Assembly: GCA_038060895.1 (NCBI GenBank) | Contig: JBBTCT010000001.1 | Span: 160,001 to 224,000 of the forward strand | Reading direction: 5' to 3' | DNA from: Planctomycetota bacterium | Lineage (GTDB): Bacteria > Planctomycetota > MHYJ01 > WSZJ01 | DNA length: 64,000 nt | Position numbers and translations under genes: made by a program | The notes under the pieces: generated by a model | Seen by the model: only the letters and a program-made list of their open reading frames with translations | Database searches by the model: none | What the model was told of the DNA's origin: nothing | In this document: piece after piece, positions 41,337-52,813 of the stretch | Layout: every line of letters begins with the position of its first letter | How positions within the stretch are numbered: the first letter of the stretch is position 1

Positions 41337-42412
41337 CGCGTGTTCTCCGCGTCTGCGCGCAGCTTCGCGTCGGCGAGGACGCAGGCCACGCAGGCCTCCA
41401 CGATCGGCACGGCGCGCGGGACGACGCAGGGGTCGTGCCGCCCTTTCGTTTCGATGACGGCGGGTTTCATGGTCGCGAGGTTGACCGTGTCCTGCTTGCG
41501 AGGGAGCGAACTGGTCGGCTTGAACGCGACGCGAGCGACGAGCGGCATGCCGGTCGAGATGCCCCCGAGGATGCCGCCGGAATTGTTCGTGCGCGTCGTG
41601 ACGTGCCCCGCGTGGTCGACGTCGAACGCATCGTTGTGATCGCTTCCCTTCATGCGCGCCGCCCGGAAGCCTGCGCCGAACTCGACCCCGCGGGCGGCGG
41701 GGATGGCGAGCAGCGCGCGGGCCAATTCGGATTCGAGCCCGTCGGCGCCGGGGCCGCCCCAGCCGGCGGGCAGGCCCTGGGCCCTGACCTCGACGACGCC
41801 GCCCACGGAGTCCGCTTCGGACCGGGCCCTGGTGATGGCGTGCTCCATCAGTTCGGCCGTGCTGGGATCGGCGCAGCGCGTCGGGTGCGCTTCGGCCGCC
41901 GCGAGCGAGGAGAACGGGATCTCGTGCGGAACCTCGATCCCCGCGATCTCGACCACGTGCCCCGCGATCTTCACGCCCGCCAGAATCTGCCGCGCGATCG
42001 CCCCTGCGGCCACGAGCGGCGCCGTCGTCCGGGCCGAGAACGGTCCGCCCCCGCGGTGATCCCGCGCGCTTCCCCACTTGGCCCACGCCGTGAAGTCCGC
42101 GTGCCCCGGCCGCGGCAGGTCCTTCGTCGCGTCGTAGGGCCGCGAGTCGACGTCCGTGTTCCGGATGAAGATCGTCAGCGGCGCGCCGGTCGCCGCGCCG
42201 TGCATCAACCCCGCGAGAAACTCCGGCTCGTCCTCTTCCTTCCTCTGCGTCGTCAGCTTCGACTGACCCGGCCGCCGCCGCGCCAGCTCGTGACGCATCG
42301 CGTCCATGTCGAGTTTGAGACCCGCGGGAACGCCCTCCACCACGGCGCCGACACCCGGTCCGTGGCTCTCGCCGAACAACGTCACGCGGAAAATCGTCCC
42401 CAGCGTGCTCAA
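41333..42412 (-). CDS. aroC: Chorismate synthase
   Basis: FGESHG, RRPGQS, PRPGHAD, RGGG.FSAR, NNSGGILGGISTG, GRHDPCV. Confidence 0.96.
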   Translation of the reverse strand: MSTLGTIFRVTLFGESHGPGVGAVVEGVPAGLKLDMDAMRHELARRRPGQSKLTTQRKEEDEPEFLAGLMHGAATGAPLTIFIRNTDVDSRPYDATKDLPRPGHADFTAWAKWGSARDHRGGGPFSARTTAPLVAAGAIARQILAGVKIAGHVVEIAGIEVPHEIPFSSLAAAEAHPTRCADPSTAELMEHAITRARSEADSVGGVVEVRAQGLPAGWGGPGADGLESELARALLAIPAARGVEFGAGFRAARMKGSDHNDAFDVDHAGHVTTRTNNSGGILGGISTGMPLVARVAFKPTSSLPRKQDTVNLATMKPAVIETKGRHDPCVVPRAVPIVEACVACVLADAKLRADAENTR

Positions 42413-43215
42413 CGCAGGCCTTCTTTCTGGAAGCGCTTCAGCGCGGCCTCGTCGCCCTTCCTCAGGGCCATCGCGAGTCCGCGCAGGTCGTCGCCCATTC
42501 TCTCCAGCGCGGCGGCAACGTGGAAGCGGTTCGCGAGGAGGAGGTCGAGGGACATCGCGGCGGGCTGGGCCGCGACGCGCGTGGCGGAACGGAAGGAGCC
42601 GGCGGCGAGGCGGGCGGCGAGAGGGCCGCCCTTTCGACCGAGCCTTACAAGAGCGAGCGCGAGAGCATACGGCAGGTGAGAAATGAGTGCGACGGCGCGG
42701 TCATGGGCTTGTGCGGTGACGACGAGCGGGACGGCGCCGAGCTGCACCACGAGCTTCTTCATGGCCGGCAGGGCCGCGCGATCTCCCGGCACGAGCGCCC
42801 AAGTCGCCCCCTTGAACAGCGCCGGGTCCGCCGCCTCGATCCCTCCCCGCTCCGTGCCGCACATCGGGTGGCCGCCGACGAATCCGCGCACGCCGCGGAA
42901 CGCGCGCATGATCCCGGCTTTCGCCGAGCCGACGTCCGTGATGCGCGTGCCGGGAAGCTGCAGCTCCGCGATCTTCCACGCAAGCGACTGGATCGTCCGC
43001 ACCGGCGTCGCCAGGACCACGAGGTCCGCTCCCGCGACAGGCCAGAGATTCTGCGCCGTCTCCGTGCACGCGCGCCGGCGAAGCGCCCGCCGCAGGACCG
43101 CAGGGTCGCTGTCGATCCCCACGACGCGCCTTGCCAGCCGCCGCGTGAGCAGCGCCATGCCGAGCGATCCGCCGATGTGGCCCATGCCGACGATGACGAC
43201 GCTGGCAGGTTTCAT
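42409..43215 (-). CDS. tyrA: Prephenate/arogenate dehydrogenase
   Basis: GMGHIGGS Rossmann motif, TDVGSAK, GGHPMCGTE, HDRAVALISHLP. Confidence 0.93.
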   Translation of the reverse strand: MKPASVVIVGMGHIGGSLGMALLTRRLARRVVGIDSDPAVLRRALRRRACTETAQNLWPVAGADLVVLATPVRTIQSLAWKIAELQLPGTRITDVGSAKAGIMRAFRGVRGFVGGHPMCGTERGGIEAADPALFKGATWALVPGDRAALPAMKKLVVQLGAVPLVVTAQAHDRAVALISHLPYALALALVRLGRKGGPLAARLAAGSFRSATRVAAQPAAMSLDLLLANRFHVAAALERMGDDLRGLAMALRKGDEAALKRFQKEGLR

Positions 43216-43592
43216 TTCAGGTAAGTCATCTCGCCGCCGCCCCAGGACCAGTTCTCTTTGGGGACCTCGACGAGGCTGATGACGATGTCCTCCCGGTTCA
43301 CGCCGGCGCCCGCCAGCAAGTCCGCGATCTTCGCGTAAAGCGCACGCTTCAATTCGACCGTCCGCCCCGCGTTCATCGTCACCTGGATCACGACAATTCC
43401 GTCCGATTTCGGCATCCCCATGTAAGAAGGCGGGTGGACAAGCCCCTCCGGCCCGTGCTCCGTGATGACCTGGAATTTCCCGTCCGCAGGCGCACTCACC
43501 GCCTCGACCAGCGCACGGTGCACCGCGTCGCCGATGGCTTTCACCGCCGCCGGCGGGCGCCCCGAACGCATCGAGATCCTCACGAGCGGCAT
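43212..43592 (-). CDS. Tautomerase superfamily protein (MSAD-like)
   Basis: N-terminal catalytic Pro (MPLVRI), GRTVELKRALY, ENWSWGGG. Confidence 0.9.
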   Translation of the reverse strand: MPLVRISMRSGRPPAAVKAIGDAVHRALVEAVSAPADGKFQVITEHGPEGLVHPPSYMGMPKSDGIVVIQVTMNAGRTVELKRALYAKIADLLAGAGVNREDIVISLVEVPKENWSWGGGEMTYLK

Positions 43593-43608
43593 CGTTCCAC
43601 CCCCTCTC

Positions 43609-43644
43609 AAAACAGAACGGGGAGGCCGGCGAACCGGCCTCCCC
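43609..43644 (-). terminator. Intrinsic terminator-like hairpin
   Basis: Minus strand GGGGAGGCCGG-TTCG-CCGGCCTCCCC followed by GTTCTGTTTT. Confidence 0.75.
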
Positions 43645-43663
43645 GGATTGAGCCGTCCATTCG

Positions 43664-44587
43664 CTACTTCGGGTCCTTCTCCGACTTCAGCTTCTTCAGG
43701 GTCTTCTCCTTCGCGTCGAAAAACCCTTTCGCCTGCGGGTTGTCCCCGAACATCGCCTTCAGCCCGTTCAGCGCAGCCTCGAAACCCGCCGCGTCTTTCT
43801 CCTTCTCCGAGTAGTTCAGGATCGCCATGTAAAACGTCTGCCCGACTTCCTTGTCCGTCGGCGCACGCTTCGCCTTCAGCATCTCCATGAACTTCTTCGC
43901 GGTCGCCGCCTCCTGCTCGTCCAGAATCTGCTGGACCTCGGCGTTCGCCAGCGCGCCGTTCAGCCGCGGCTCCTGCTCCGCCGACGGCTTCGGAAGATCC
44001 TTCAGCTTCTTCTTCGCCTCGTCCGCCTTGATGGCGCCCGTCTCCAGCTTCCCGATCAGCACCTCCAGCGCAGCGGCTTTGTCCCCGCCTTCCGCCTTCT
44101 TCACCATCGCAATGAATGACTCGGCCTTTTTCAGTGCTTCCGAGAACGTGTCCACCGTGTACGGCCGATCGAACTTCGAGATCACTTCCCCCGCCGAGTC
44201 CAGGTACGCCATGTACGGAAACCCGTCGCCGCCCTTCGCCTCGAACAGCTCCTGGTACTGGTCCTCTTCGACGTGCGACGTGATGTGCAGGAAAAGAACC
44301 ACCTTGGAAGCGAACGTCAGGAATTCTTCAGAGGAGAGCGTACCGCCCTCCAGGCTGTTGCACGGCCCTCAGGGGGCGTAGGAACGGGTGAAATACACGA
44401 GCATCGGCTTGCCGGATTTCTTCGCTTCCTCGCGAGCCTTGTCGTAGTCGAGGAGCCAGTGACCTTTTTCGATGAAGGGCTCTTTGAGCTTCTTGTCGCG
44501 CTTGTCTTCGAGGTCGCCTGCGGTGGCGCGGGCGCCGAGGAGGGCGACCAGCGCGGCCACGAGCGGCAGCAGTTTCAGGTTCGTCAC
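43664..44587 (-). CDS. Exported thioredoxin-fold (UGPC) protein with helical C-terminus, predicted selenoprotein
   Basis: GTG 44587 after a GGAG SD, signal peptide, WLLDYDKAREEAKKSGKPMLVYFTRSYAP-TGA(44371-44369)-GPCNSLE. Continues in frame for 22 codons into ORF 43664..44302 (GFP cis-Pro loop). SECIS-like hairpin follows. Confidence 0.9.
44333..44351 (-). promoter_or_regulatory. Putative bacterial SECIS element (UGPC gene)
   Basis: GGAGGGCG-GUA-CGCUCUCC, an 8-bp hairpin with one G-U pair; loop starts 26 nt after the UGA. Confidence 0.78.
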
Positions 44588-44698
44588 AAGCCTTCTCCGA
44601 CGGGGGAGGAAATGCCGGCCGGGCGGGGGCGTCTGGGCCCCCTGGAAGCCCGCATCGGCGCGTGGCATCCTAAACACGGAACGCCTATCGGATAATCC

Positions 44699-45748
44699 TT
44701 AAATGCTGCGCCCGATGCACCGGGCGATCGCGGAGAGTTCCTTCATCAGGACGTCGAACTGGTCAGGGTGGAGCGACTGCGCGCCGTCGCACTTCGCGAC
44801 TTCCGGCCTCGGGTGGACCTCGATGATGAGCCCGTCCGCGCCGGCCGCGATCGCCGCCTTGGCAAGGGGGCCGACGAGGTCGCGGTCGCCCGCGGCGTGC
44901 GAAGGGTCGCAGACGATCGGGAGGTGGGAGAGCTTCTTGACCACGGGGACGCAGGAGATGTCGTACGTGTTGCGTGTGTACTTTTCAAATGTGCGGATGC
45001 CGCGCTCGCACAGGATCACGTTGTAGTTGCCCTTCGAGAGGATGTACTCCGCGCTCAGCAGCAGTTCCTCGATGGTGGACATCATTCCGCGCTTGAGCAG
45101 CACCGGCTTCCCCGCTTTCCCGACTTCTTCCAGCAGGTTGAAGTTCTGCATGTTGCGCGCGCCGATTTGAAGGATGTCCGCGTACTCCATCACGGCCGGG
45201 ATGTCCTGCACCGAGAGGACTTCCGTGACTACGGCCATGTCGTTCGCGTCGGCCGCTTCCCGCAGGATTTCCAGCCCGGGCTTCCCCAGCCCCTGGAACG
45301 CGTACGGGCTCGTCCGCGGCTTGAACGCGCCGCCGCGCAGGATCGTCGCCCCCGCGGCCTTCACACGCTTCGCCGCTTCCATCACCTGCGCCCGGTCCTC
45401 CACCGCGCAGGGCCCGGCCATCACCGTCACCTGCCGGCCGCCGATCCGCCGGCCGCGCACCTCGACGACCGTGTCCTCCTGCTTGAACTCGCGCGACGCC
45501 AGCTTGTACGGCTTGAGAATCGGGATCACGCGCTCGACCCCCGCAAGGCCGTCAAACGCCGCCGGCTCCACCTTCCGGTCGCTTCCGATTATCCCGATCA
45601 CCGTCCGTTCCTCGCCGCTCGAAATGTGCGGCTTGAATCCCAACGACTCGATCTGCTGCAGCACGGCGCCCGTTTCGCGGGCGGAAGCGCTGGATTTCAT
45701 CACGACGATCATGGCGGTATCGCTTTCAGCTTTCGGGGGAGGGCTCAT
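44699..45748 (-). CDS. aroF: DAHP synthase type I-beta with N-terminal regulatory domain (start may be 45712)
   Basis: MIVVMK..., AGPCAVE, RGGAFKPRTSPY, QIGARNMQN, CERGIRTFE, DPSH. Confidence 0.96.
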   Translation of the reverse strand: MSPPPKAESDTAMIVVMKSSASARETGAVLQQIESLGFKPHISSGEERTVIGIIGSDRKVEPAAFDGLAGVERVIPILKPYKLASREFKQEDTVVEVRGRRIGGRQVTVMAGPCAVEDRAQVMEAAKRVKAAGATILRGGAFKPRTSPYAFQGLGKPGLEILREAADANDMAVVTEVLSVQDIPAVMEYADILQIGARNMQNFNLLEEVGKAGKPVLLKRGMMSTIEELLLSAEYILSKGNYNVILCERGIRTFEKYTRNTYDISCVPVVKKLSHLPIVCDPSHAAGDRDLVGPLAKAAIAAGADGLIIEVHPRPEVAKCDGAQSLHPDQFDVLMKELSAIARCIGRSI

Positions 45749-45962
45749 CGGGCACCTGTCTTCGAAGAGGGTTTCCGGCGCCGTCCCGCGGCCGTGGCGA
45801 CAGGACTCGCCTTGGCCGGAATCGCGGGGAGGGTGCCGGTTGCGTATCGGTCGTCATTGTGGACCAGGCGAACGGAAGACGGGAGACCGGAGTCGGGAGA
45901 CGGGAGTTGCGTCGTTTGCGCTGAAACCTCCGGAACGACCGAAAGCGGTGAATGCGGCGCCC

Positions 45963-46102
45963 TATCCGCGGCCGTTTCCGCGTCATTCGCTTTCATCCGC
46001 GTATTCCTTTCTCTTTTCTCGAATCCGCGAGTCGAACGCAGCCCGGAATCGAGAAAGGACATACGCGGATAAAGGCGAATGACGCGGAAACGGCCGCGGA
46101 TA
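45963..46102. repeat. Long intergenic inverted repeat, 42-bp arms
   Basis: 45963-46004 matches the reverse complement of 46061-46102 at 40/42 positions. Confidence 0.9.
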
Positions 46103-46124
46103 CGTCGAGGCGAAGCGATCGCGT

Positions 46125-46496
46125 TCACTTCTTCCCCTCCCCCGCCAGGTCCGGTCTCAGCGCCGCGGCACGGCCGAGGTACTGGTGCCGGATCTCCTGC
46201 GGGCTGAGCTCCGTCTCGACGAGCACCATGACGCGCACAACGCGCGGGAGCGCTCCTTCAACTTCGAGCTCGGGCGAACACATGAGCGGGACGCGCGTCC
46301 AGCCGATCTCGCGCGCAGCGGTTGCCGGGAAAGCCGCAGTCAGGTCGGTCGTCGCGGTGAAGAGGATCATCGACACGCGGTCCGGCTCGATCGCGTTCGC
46401 GTCCGCCATTTTCTGCAGGAGCTCCCGCGTCGCGCCGAGGATCGCCTCGCGCGTGTTCGCCTCCACCCCCGTCGCTCCCCTAACGCCGCGCAGCAT
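46125..46496 (-). CDS. aroH: Chorismate mutase, AroH class
   Basis: RGVRGAT, FTATTDL.AAFPA.AAR, VPLMC..E..V.GALPRVVR, YLGRAAALRPDL. Confidence 0.95.
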   Translation of the reverse strand: MLRGVRGATGVEANTREAILGATRELLQKMADANAIEPDRVSMILFTATTDLTAAFPATAAREIGWTRVPLMCSPELEVEGALPRVVRVMVLVETELSPQEIRHQYLGRAAALRPDLAGEGKK

Positions 46497-47254
46497 CGAG
46501 CGCCCTCCTCATCTTCTCCAGGAACTTCCGCACCTCGCCCGCCGCGCGCTTCTTCCCCGCCTCACGGATGATCCTGACGATCGCGCTTCCCACGATCACC
46601 CCGTCCGCGAACCGTCCCACCGCGGCCGCGTGCTCCGGCGTCGCAATCCCGAATCCGACGCAGACGGGCCGCGGCGTCTCCCGCTTCACCCGCTTCACGA
46701 ACGCCTCCAGCCCCGGCGGCAGGTCCTTCCGCGCGCCCGTCACCCCCGCGACCGAAACAAGGTACACGAATCCGCCGCGGCCCTTCACGAGCGACCGCAT
46801 CCGCGCCGGCGTCGTGGTCGGGGCCACCATCGGGATGAGATCGATTCCGTAAGAGCTGGCGACGTGGCGCCGCGCCGCCTCGGGCGTCAGGTCGGGAATG
46901 ATCGCGCCGGAGAACCCGGCGGCGGCCGCCTTGCGGAAAAACGCGGCAGCGCCGGGCGCGAGGACCACGTTGGCGTACGTCATGACCACCTTGACCGGAC
47001 CGGCCACGTCGCGGCTCCACGCGAGCGCATTGTGGGGCGTCGCGCCGGCCAGAAGCGCTTCGTGGGACGCATGTTGGATCGCGGGCCCGTCGGCGATCGG
47101 GTCGCTGAACGGAATGCCGACCTCGACGAGGTCAGAGCCCGCGTCGGCGGCGGCGCGGAGAAGCGCTCGGAACGTCGCGGCGTCGGGGAAGCCGGCGCAC
47201 AGGTAGGGCATGAGCGCGGGACGGTTCTCGCGACGGAGATCCGCGAAGCGCTGG

Positions 47255-47268
<14 letters not shown>
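46480..47268 (-). CDS. trpA: Tryptophan synthase alpha subunit
   Basis: [36 protein letters not shown]. Confidence 0.97.
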
Positions 47269-48426
<1,158 letters not shown>

Positions 48427-48430
<4 letters not shown>

Positions 48431-49023
48431 CGGCGGGCCTCCTCGATGAAGCGGCGGATGCGGGCGTGGTCCTTTTTTCCGGGGCGGGACTCGACGCCGC
48501 TCGCGGTATCGACGGCGAAGGGCCGGGCGATCCGGACGGCTTCGCGGACGTTCTCGGGCTTGAGCCCGCCCGCGAGGATGACGTCGGCGACGCGGCCGAC
48601 GCGTCGTGCGATGCTCCAGTCGAAGGATTTTCCGGAACCGCCGACCTTCCCGGCTTCCAGCAGCACGAGCGGATCACCCCAGCGCCGCACGCGCTCAACG
48701 ACCTTGCCTTCCGAGACCGCGAACATCTTCACGCTCGGAAACGGGATGGCCCTCGCGTCGGCCTTCGACTCGTCGCCGTGCAGCTGCACCCACGTCAGCC
48801 CGGCGGCGCGCGCGATCATCGCGACGTCGGCGGGAAGGGCGTTGTAGAACACGCCGACCTTGTGCAGGAACGCCGGGAGCTGGCGCGACATCTTGCGCGC
48901 GGCGCCCACGCTGACGCGGCGCGGCGACTCCGCGAACACGAACCCGACCGCGTCCGCGCCGGCGTCGGCCGCCGCGACGGCGTCGCGCAGATTCGTGATG
49001 CCGCAGATTTTTACCCGGATCAC
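48427..49023 (-). CDS. trpF: Phosphoribosylanthranilate isomerase
   Basis: [40 protein letters not shown]. Confidence 0.96.
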
Positions 49024-49781
49024 AGGAGTTTCAGCTCCCGGATGCGGGGCGCGGGGTCGCCCACCTTCACGATTTCCTCGCCGACGAGGATCGCGCGGGC
49101 GCCGGCGGCCCTGGCTTTCAATGCATCCTCGCGGGTCTTGAATCCGCTCAGCGCAACGCGCACCGCCGCACGCGACTTCGGCATCACGCGCTCCATCGTC
49201 GTGAGGTCCATTTCGAGAGTCCGGAGATTCCGGTTGTTCACACCGACGATTTCCGCATCTCCGGCGTCGGCGAGCTCGGATTCCTCGTGGACTTCGACGA
49301 GGGCCGCGAGCCCCGCCCCCCTTGCGACGGCGCGCAGGTGGGGTGTCAGCTTCCCCAGCGCAGCCACGATCAGGAGCACCGCGTCGGCACCGTGGGCGCG
49401 GGCTTCCCAGACCTGGTACTCGTCCACGATGAAGTCCTTGCGAAGCACCGGCAGGTCGCAGGCGGCCCGCGCCGTGGACAGGTCCCAGAGCGATCCTTTG
49501 AAAAAATCGCCCTCGGTCAACACTGAGAGACAGTCCGCGCCGCCCGCCGCGTAGCTCCGCGCGCGCTCCGCCGGGTCGAGTTTCACCGCGATGTCGCCCT
49601 TCGCCGGAGTCGCCCGCTTGATCTCCGCGATGAGACCCAGGCCCTTTGCGTTCGCCAGCGCTGCGCGGAAATCCCTCGCCGGGGGCTGGTTCCGGGCACG
49701 GGCGATGACCTCGCGCATGGGCAGCGCCGCCATTGCCTCTGCAAGCCGCCTGCGCCTCAGCTCCAGGATTCTCCCTAACAT
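49020..49781 (-). CDS. trpC: Indole-3-glycerol phosphate synthase
   Basis: IAEIKRATPAKG, SVLTE, LRKDFI, ALVEVH, GVNNRNL. Confidence 0.95.
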   Translation of the reverse strand: MLGRILELRRRRLAEAMAALPMREVIARARNQPPARDFRAALANAKGLGLIAEIKRATPAKGDIAVKLDPAERARSYAAGGADCLSVLTEGDFFKGSLWDLSTARAACDLPVLRKDFIVDEYQVWEARAHGADAVLLIVAALGKLTPHLRAVARGAGLAALVEVHEESELADAGDAEIVGVNNRNLRTLEMDLTTMERVMPKSRAAVRVALSGFKTREDALKARAAGARAILVGEEIVKVGDPAPRIRELKLL

Positions 49782-50773
49782 CGAGCCGCCTCCAGGGCCT
49801 CCGCCGCGCGGCCGCTCTTCACGGACTCGCGCGCCGCGTCGACGCCCTCGCAGATCGTGCAATTCCTCGCAACGGCGATGGCGAGGCCGGCGTTCAGGAC
49901 CACGGCATCGGAAACCGGGCCGTTCTTCCCCTCGAGCACCCCGCGGATCGCTGCGGCGTTCGCCGCCGCATCGCCCCCGGCGAGCGCGGCGTTCGTCGAC
50001 GTTGCGAATCCTGCCGAACGCGGGTCGAGGACCTCGCGCTTCACGATGCCGCCCTCAACGCGCGCGACGTGGAACGGCCCCTCGAGCGTCGCCTCGTCCG
50101 CGCCCCCGGCGCCGTGAACGACCATCGCGCGCTTCACGCCCAGGGAAGCGAAGGCGTTGGCTACGAGGTCGACGAAGCGCTCCTCCGGCACGCCGACGAG
50201 CTGGTACGGAGGGAGCGCCGGGTTGGCCAGCGGGCCGATGAGGTTGAAGATGGTGCGGACGCCGAGCTCCTTGCGGACGGGCGCGGCGTGCTTCATCGCG
50301 GGGTGGAACGCCGGCGCGAACATGAAGCCGAAGTTTTTATTTCTGATGGCGGCCGCCACTTCCCCTGCCGGTCGCTCGACCGGGACGCCCAGCGCGGCGA
50401 GGACGTCAGCGCTGCCGACGCGCCCCGAGGCCGACCGGTTGCCGTGCTTCGCCACCGGCACACCGGCGCCGGCGACCACGAACGCCGCGGCCGTCGAGAT
50501 GTTCACCATCGCGAGCCCGTCGCCGCCCGTGCCGCACGTGTCGATCGCCGGGCAGTCGCCGATCTCGACGCGCACGGCGCTGGCCCGGACCGCTTCCACC
50601 GCCCCCGCCAGCTCATCGCCCGTCTCCCCCTTTGTCCGCAGCCCCATCAACAGAGCCCCCAGTTGCGCGGGACTTACCTCACCGCGCAGGACGCGCAGAA
50701 ACACCGCGCGCGCTTCGTCTTTCGAAAGACTTGCGCGTTTTGCGATTTTTTCGAGCGCGTCGTTGAGGGTCAT
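49775..50773 (-). CDS. trpD: Anthranilate phosphoribosyltransferase
   Basis: [32 protein letters not shown]. Confidence 0.96.
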   Translation of the reverse strand: MTLNDALEKIAKRASLSKDEARAVFLRVLRGEVSPAQLGALLMGLRTKGETGDELAGAVEAVRASAVRVEIGDCPAIDTCGTGGDGLAMVNISTAAAFVVAGAGVPVAKHGNRSASGRVGSADVLAALGVPVERPAGEVAAAIRNKNFGFMFAPAFHPAMKHAAPVRKELGVRTIFNLIGPLANPALPPYQLVGVPEERFVDLVANAFASLGVKRAMVVHGAGGADEATLEGPFHVARVEGGIVKREVLDPRSAGFATSTNAALAGGDAAANAAAIRGVLEGKNGPVSDAVVLNAGLAIAVARNCTICEGVDAARESVKSGRAAEALEAARC

Positions 50774-51348
50774 GTGTTCGGAGGCCGTTGTTCGAGGAAG
50801 TTTCGCAGCAGGGTCTTGCCGGGCACGGTCAGGATCGATTCTGGATGGAACTGCACGCCTTCGACCGCAAACGTCTTGTGCCGCAGGCCCATGATTTCGC
50901 CTTCGGCCGTGTGCGCGACCACTTTGAGCGTCGGCGGGAGCGTTTCTTCCCGGACGACGAGCGAGTGGTAGCGCGTGGCCGGGAATGGGTTCGGCACCCC
51001 CTTGTACAGGCCCTTGTTGTCGTGGTAGACGAGCGACACCTTTCCGTGCATCTGCCTCTCCGCCCGGTTCACGACGCCGCCGAACACCTCGCCGATCGCC
51101 TGGTGCCCCAGGCAGACCCCGAGCGTCGGGATTTTTCCCGCGAAGTGACCGATGAATTCCTTCGACACCCCCGCCTCCGCCGGCGTCCCGGGACCCGGGC
51201 TGATCACGAGATGCGAAGGGCTCATCGACTTCGCCTGGTCGAGCGTGATCTCGTCGTTGCGCTTCACGACGATGTCAGCGCCCAACTCCCCGAAGAACTG
51301 GACGAGGTTGAACGTGAAGCTGTCGTAGTTGTCGATGAGCAGGAGCAT
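50770..51348 (-). CDS. trpG: Anthranilate synthase component II (glutamine amidotransferase)
   Basis: [34 protein letters not shown]. Confidence 0.96.
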   Translation of the reverse strand: MLLLIDNYDSFTFNLVQFFGELGADIVVKRNDEITLDQAKSMSPSHLVISPGPGTPAEAGVSKEFIGHFAGKIPTLGVCLGHQAIGEVFGGVVNRAERQMHGKVSLVYHDNKGLYKGVPNPFPATRYHSLVVREETLPPTLKVVAHTAEGEIMGLRHKTFAVEGVQFHPESILTVPGKTLLRNFLEQRPPNT

Positions 51349-51357
51349 GGCGACCTC

Positions 51358-51390
51358 AGTGGGTAGTGGGTAGTCGGTAGTGGATAGGTC
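51358..51390. repeat. Short heptamer tandem repeat (GGTAGTS-like) between trpE and trpG
   Basis: agtgggtagtgggtagtcggtagtggatagg read directly. Confidence 0.65.
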
Positions 51391-51392
51391 GG

Positions 51393-52796
51393 CTAAAGCT
51401 CGGTGGCGGTTTCTACTGCCTTGCGGAGGGCTGCGACCTTGCTCATGCACTCCTGGTACTCGCCCTCGGGTGTGCTGCCGAGCGTGACACCGGCGCCGGC
51501 CTGCAGGTGCGCGACGCCCCGCTGCACCACGATCGTCCGGATCGCAATGCACGTGTCCATCTGGCCGTTCGCGCCGAAGTAACCGACCGCGCCCGCGTAC
51601 GGGCCTCGGCGCGACGTCTCGAGGGACTCGATGATTTGCATCGCGCGAATCTTCGGCGCCCCTGTCACCGTGCCCGCCGGGAACGCGGCGCGGAAGAGGT
51701 CGAACTGGTCCTGGTCCTTGCGAAGCGTCCCCCGGACTTCTGAGACGAGATGCATCACGTGCGAGTAGCGCTCGACCGTGAAGAGATCCGTGGGCTTGAC
51801 CGAGCCGTACTCGCAGACGCGACCGAGATCGTTCCTCGCCAGGTCCACCAGCATGACGTGCTCGCTCCGCTCCTTTTCGTCGGCCAGCAACTCCTGCTCG
51901 AGCTTCGCGTCCTCCGCTTCCGAAGCGCCGCGCGGGCGCGTCCCCGCGATCGGCCGCACAATCGCGGTACGCCCTTCGAGTTTCACCAGGACCTCGGGAC
52001 TCGAGCCGACGAGCTGGAAATCGTCGAAGTCGAAGTAGAACATGTACGGGCTGGGATTCTGGATGCGCAGCGCGCGGTAGACCTGGAAGGGCGCGACGCC
52101 GATCTCGCCGCTCCATCGCTGCGAGAGCACCACCTGGTAGGCATTTCCCGCCCTGATGTGTTCCTGCGCCGCCTGAACGGATGACTGGTACTTCTCGCGG
52201 GTGGTGTCGCCGTCGAGCGGCTTCAGCGTCTTCTCCGAAAGCGGAAGAGCCGGCAGCGCGCCGCGCAGGCGTTCGACGATCGCGTCCAGCCGTTTCTCGC
52301 CCGCCGCCGCGTCGTCCGCCAGCGCGACGAGCGTCATGCGGCGGCGGATGTGGTCGAACATGACGAGCGCGTCGGTCAGCAGAAAAACGCCGTCCGGGAG
52401 GCCGAGTCGATCCGGCAGGGTCGCCGGGATTTTTTCGAGATTGCGGGCGAAGTCGTAGCTGAGGTACCCCACCAGCCCGCCGAGAAGCGACGGGGCTCCC
52501 GCTTCCGCGGGCATTTCCTGCGCGAGCAGGAGGTCGCGCAGCGCGCCGAGGGGACCGCCGTCGCCGAACGGAACGGAACGCTTCCCTCCCGCGCCGTCCA
52601 CCTCCAGCGCTTTCGCGCCGACGGTGACCCGCGCGGCGTTCCCGACGCCGATGAACGAGAACCGGCCGAGTTTTTCGCCGTTTTCGACGGATTCGAGGAG
52701 GAAGCGTGCGCCTGCGGCGCGGAGTTTCAGGAACGCGCTGACGGGCGTTTCGAGGTCGGCGGGGATATCGCGTTTGACGACGGTTTTCGGGCTCAT
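51393..52796 (-). CDS. trpE: Anthranilate synthase component I
   Basis: [50 protein letters not shown]. Confidence 0.96.
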   Translation of the reverse strand: MSPKTVVKRDIPADLETPVSAFLKLRAAGARFLLESVENGEKLGRFSFIGVGNAARVTVGAKALEVDGAGGKRSVPFGDGGPLGALRDLLLAQEMPAEAGAPSLLGGLVGYLSYDFARNLEKIPATLPDRLGLPDGVFLLTDALVMFDHIRRRMTLVALADDAAAGEKRLDAIVERLRGALPALPLSEKTLKPLDGDTTREKYQSSVQAAQEHIRAGNAYQVVLSQRWSGEIGVAPFQVYRALRIQNPSPYMFYFDFDDFQLVGSSPEVLVKLEGRTAIVRPIAGTRPRGASEAEDAKLEQELLADEKERSEHVMLVDLARNDLGRVCEYGSVKPTDLFTVERYSHVMHLVSEVRGTLRKDQDQFDLFRAAFPAGTVTGAPKIRAMQIIESLETSRRGPYAGAVGYFGANGQMDTCIAIRTIVVQRGVAHLQAGAGVTLGSTPEGEYQECMSKVAALRKAVETATEL

Positions 52797-52813
52797 GATT
52801 TTCTCCGTGGACG

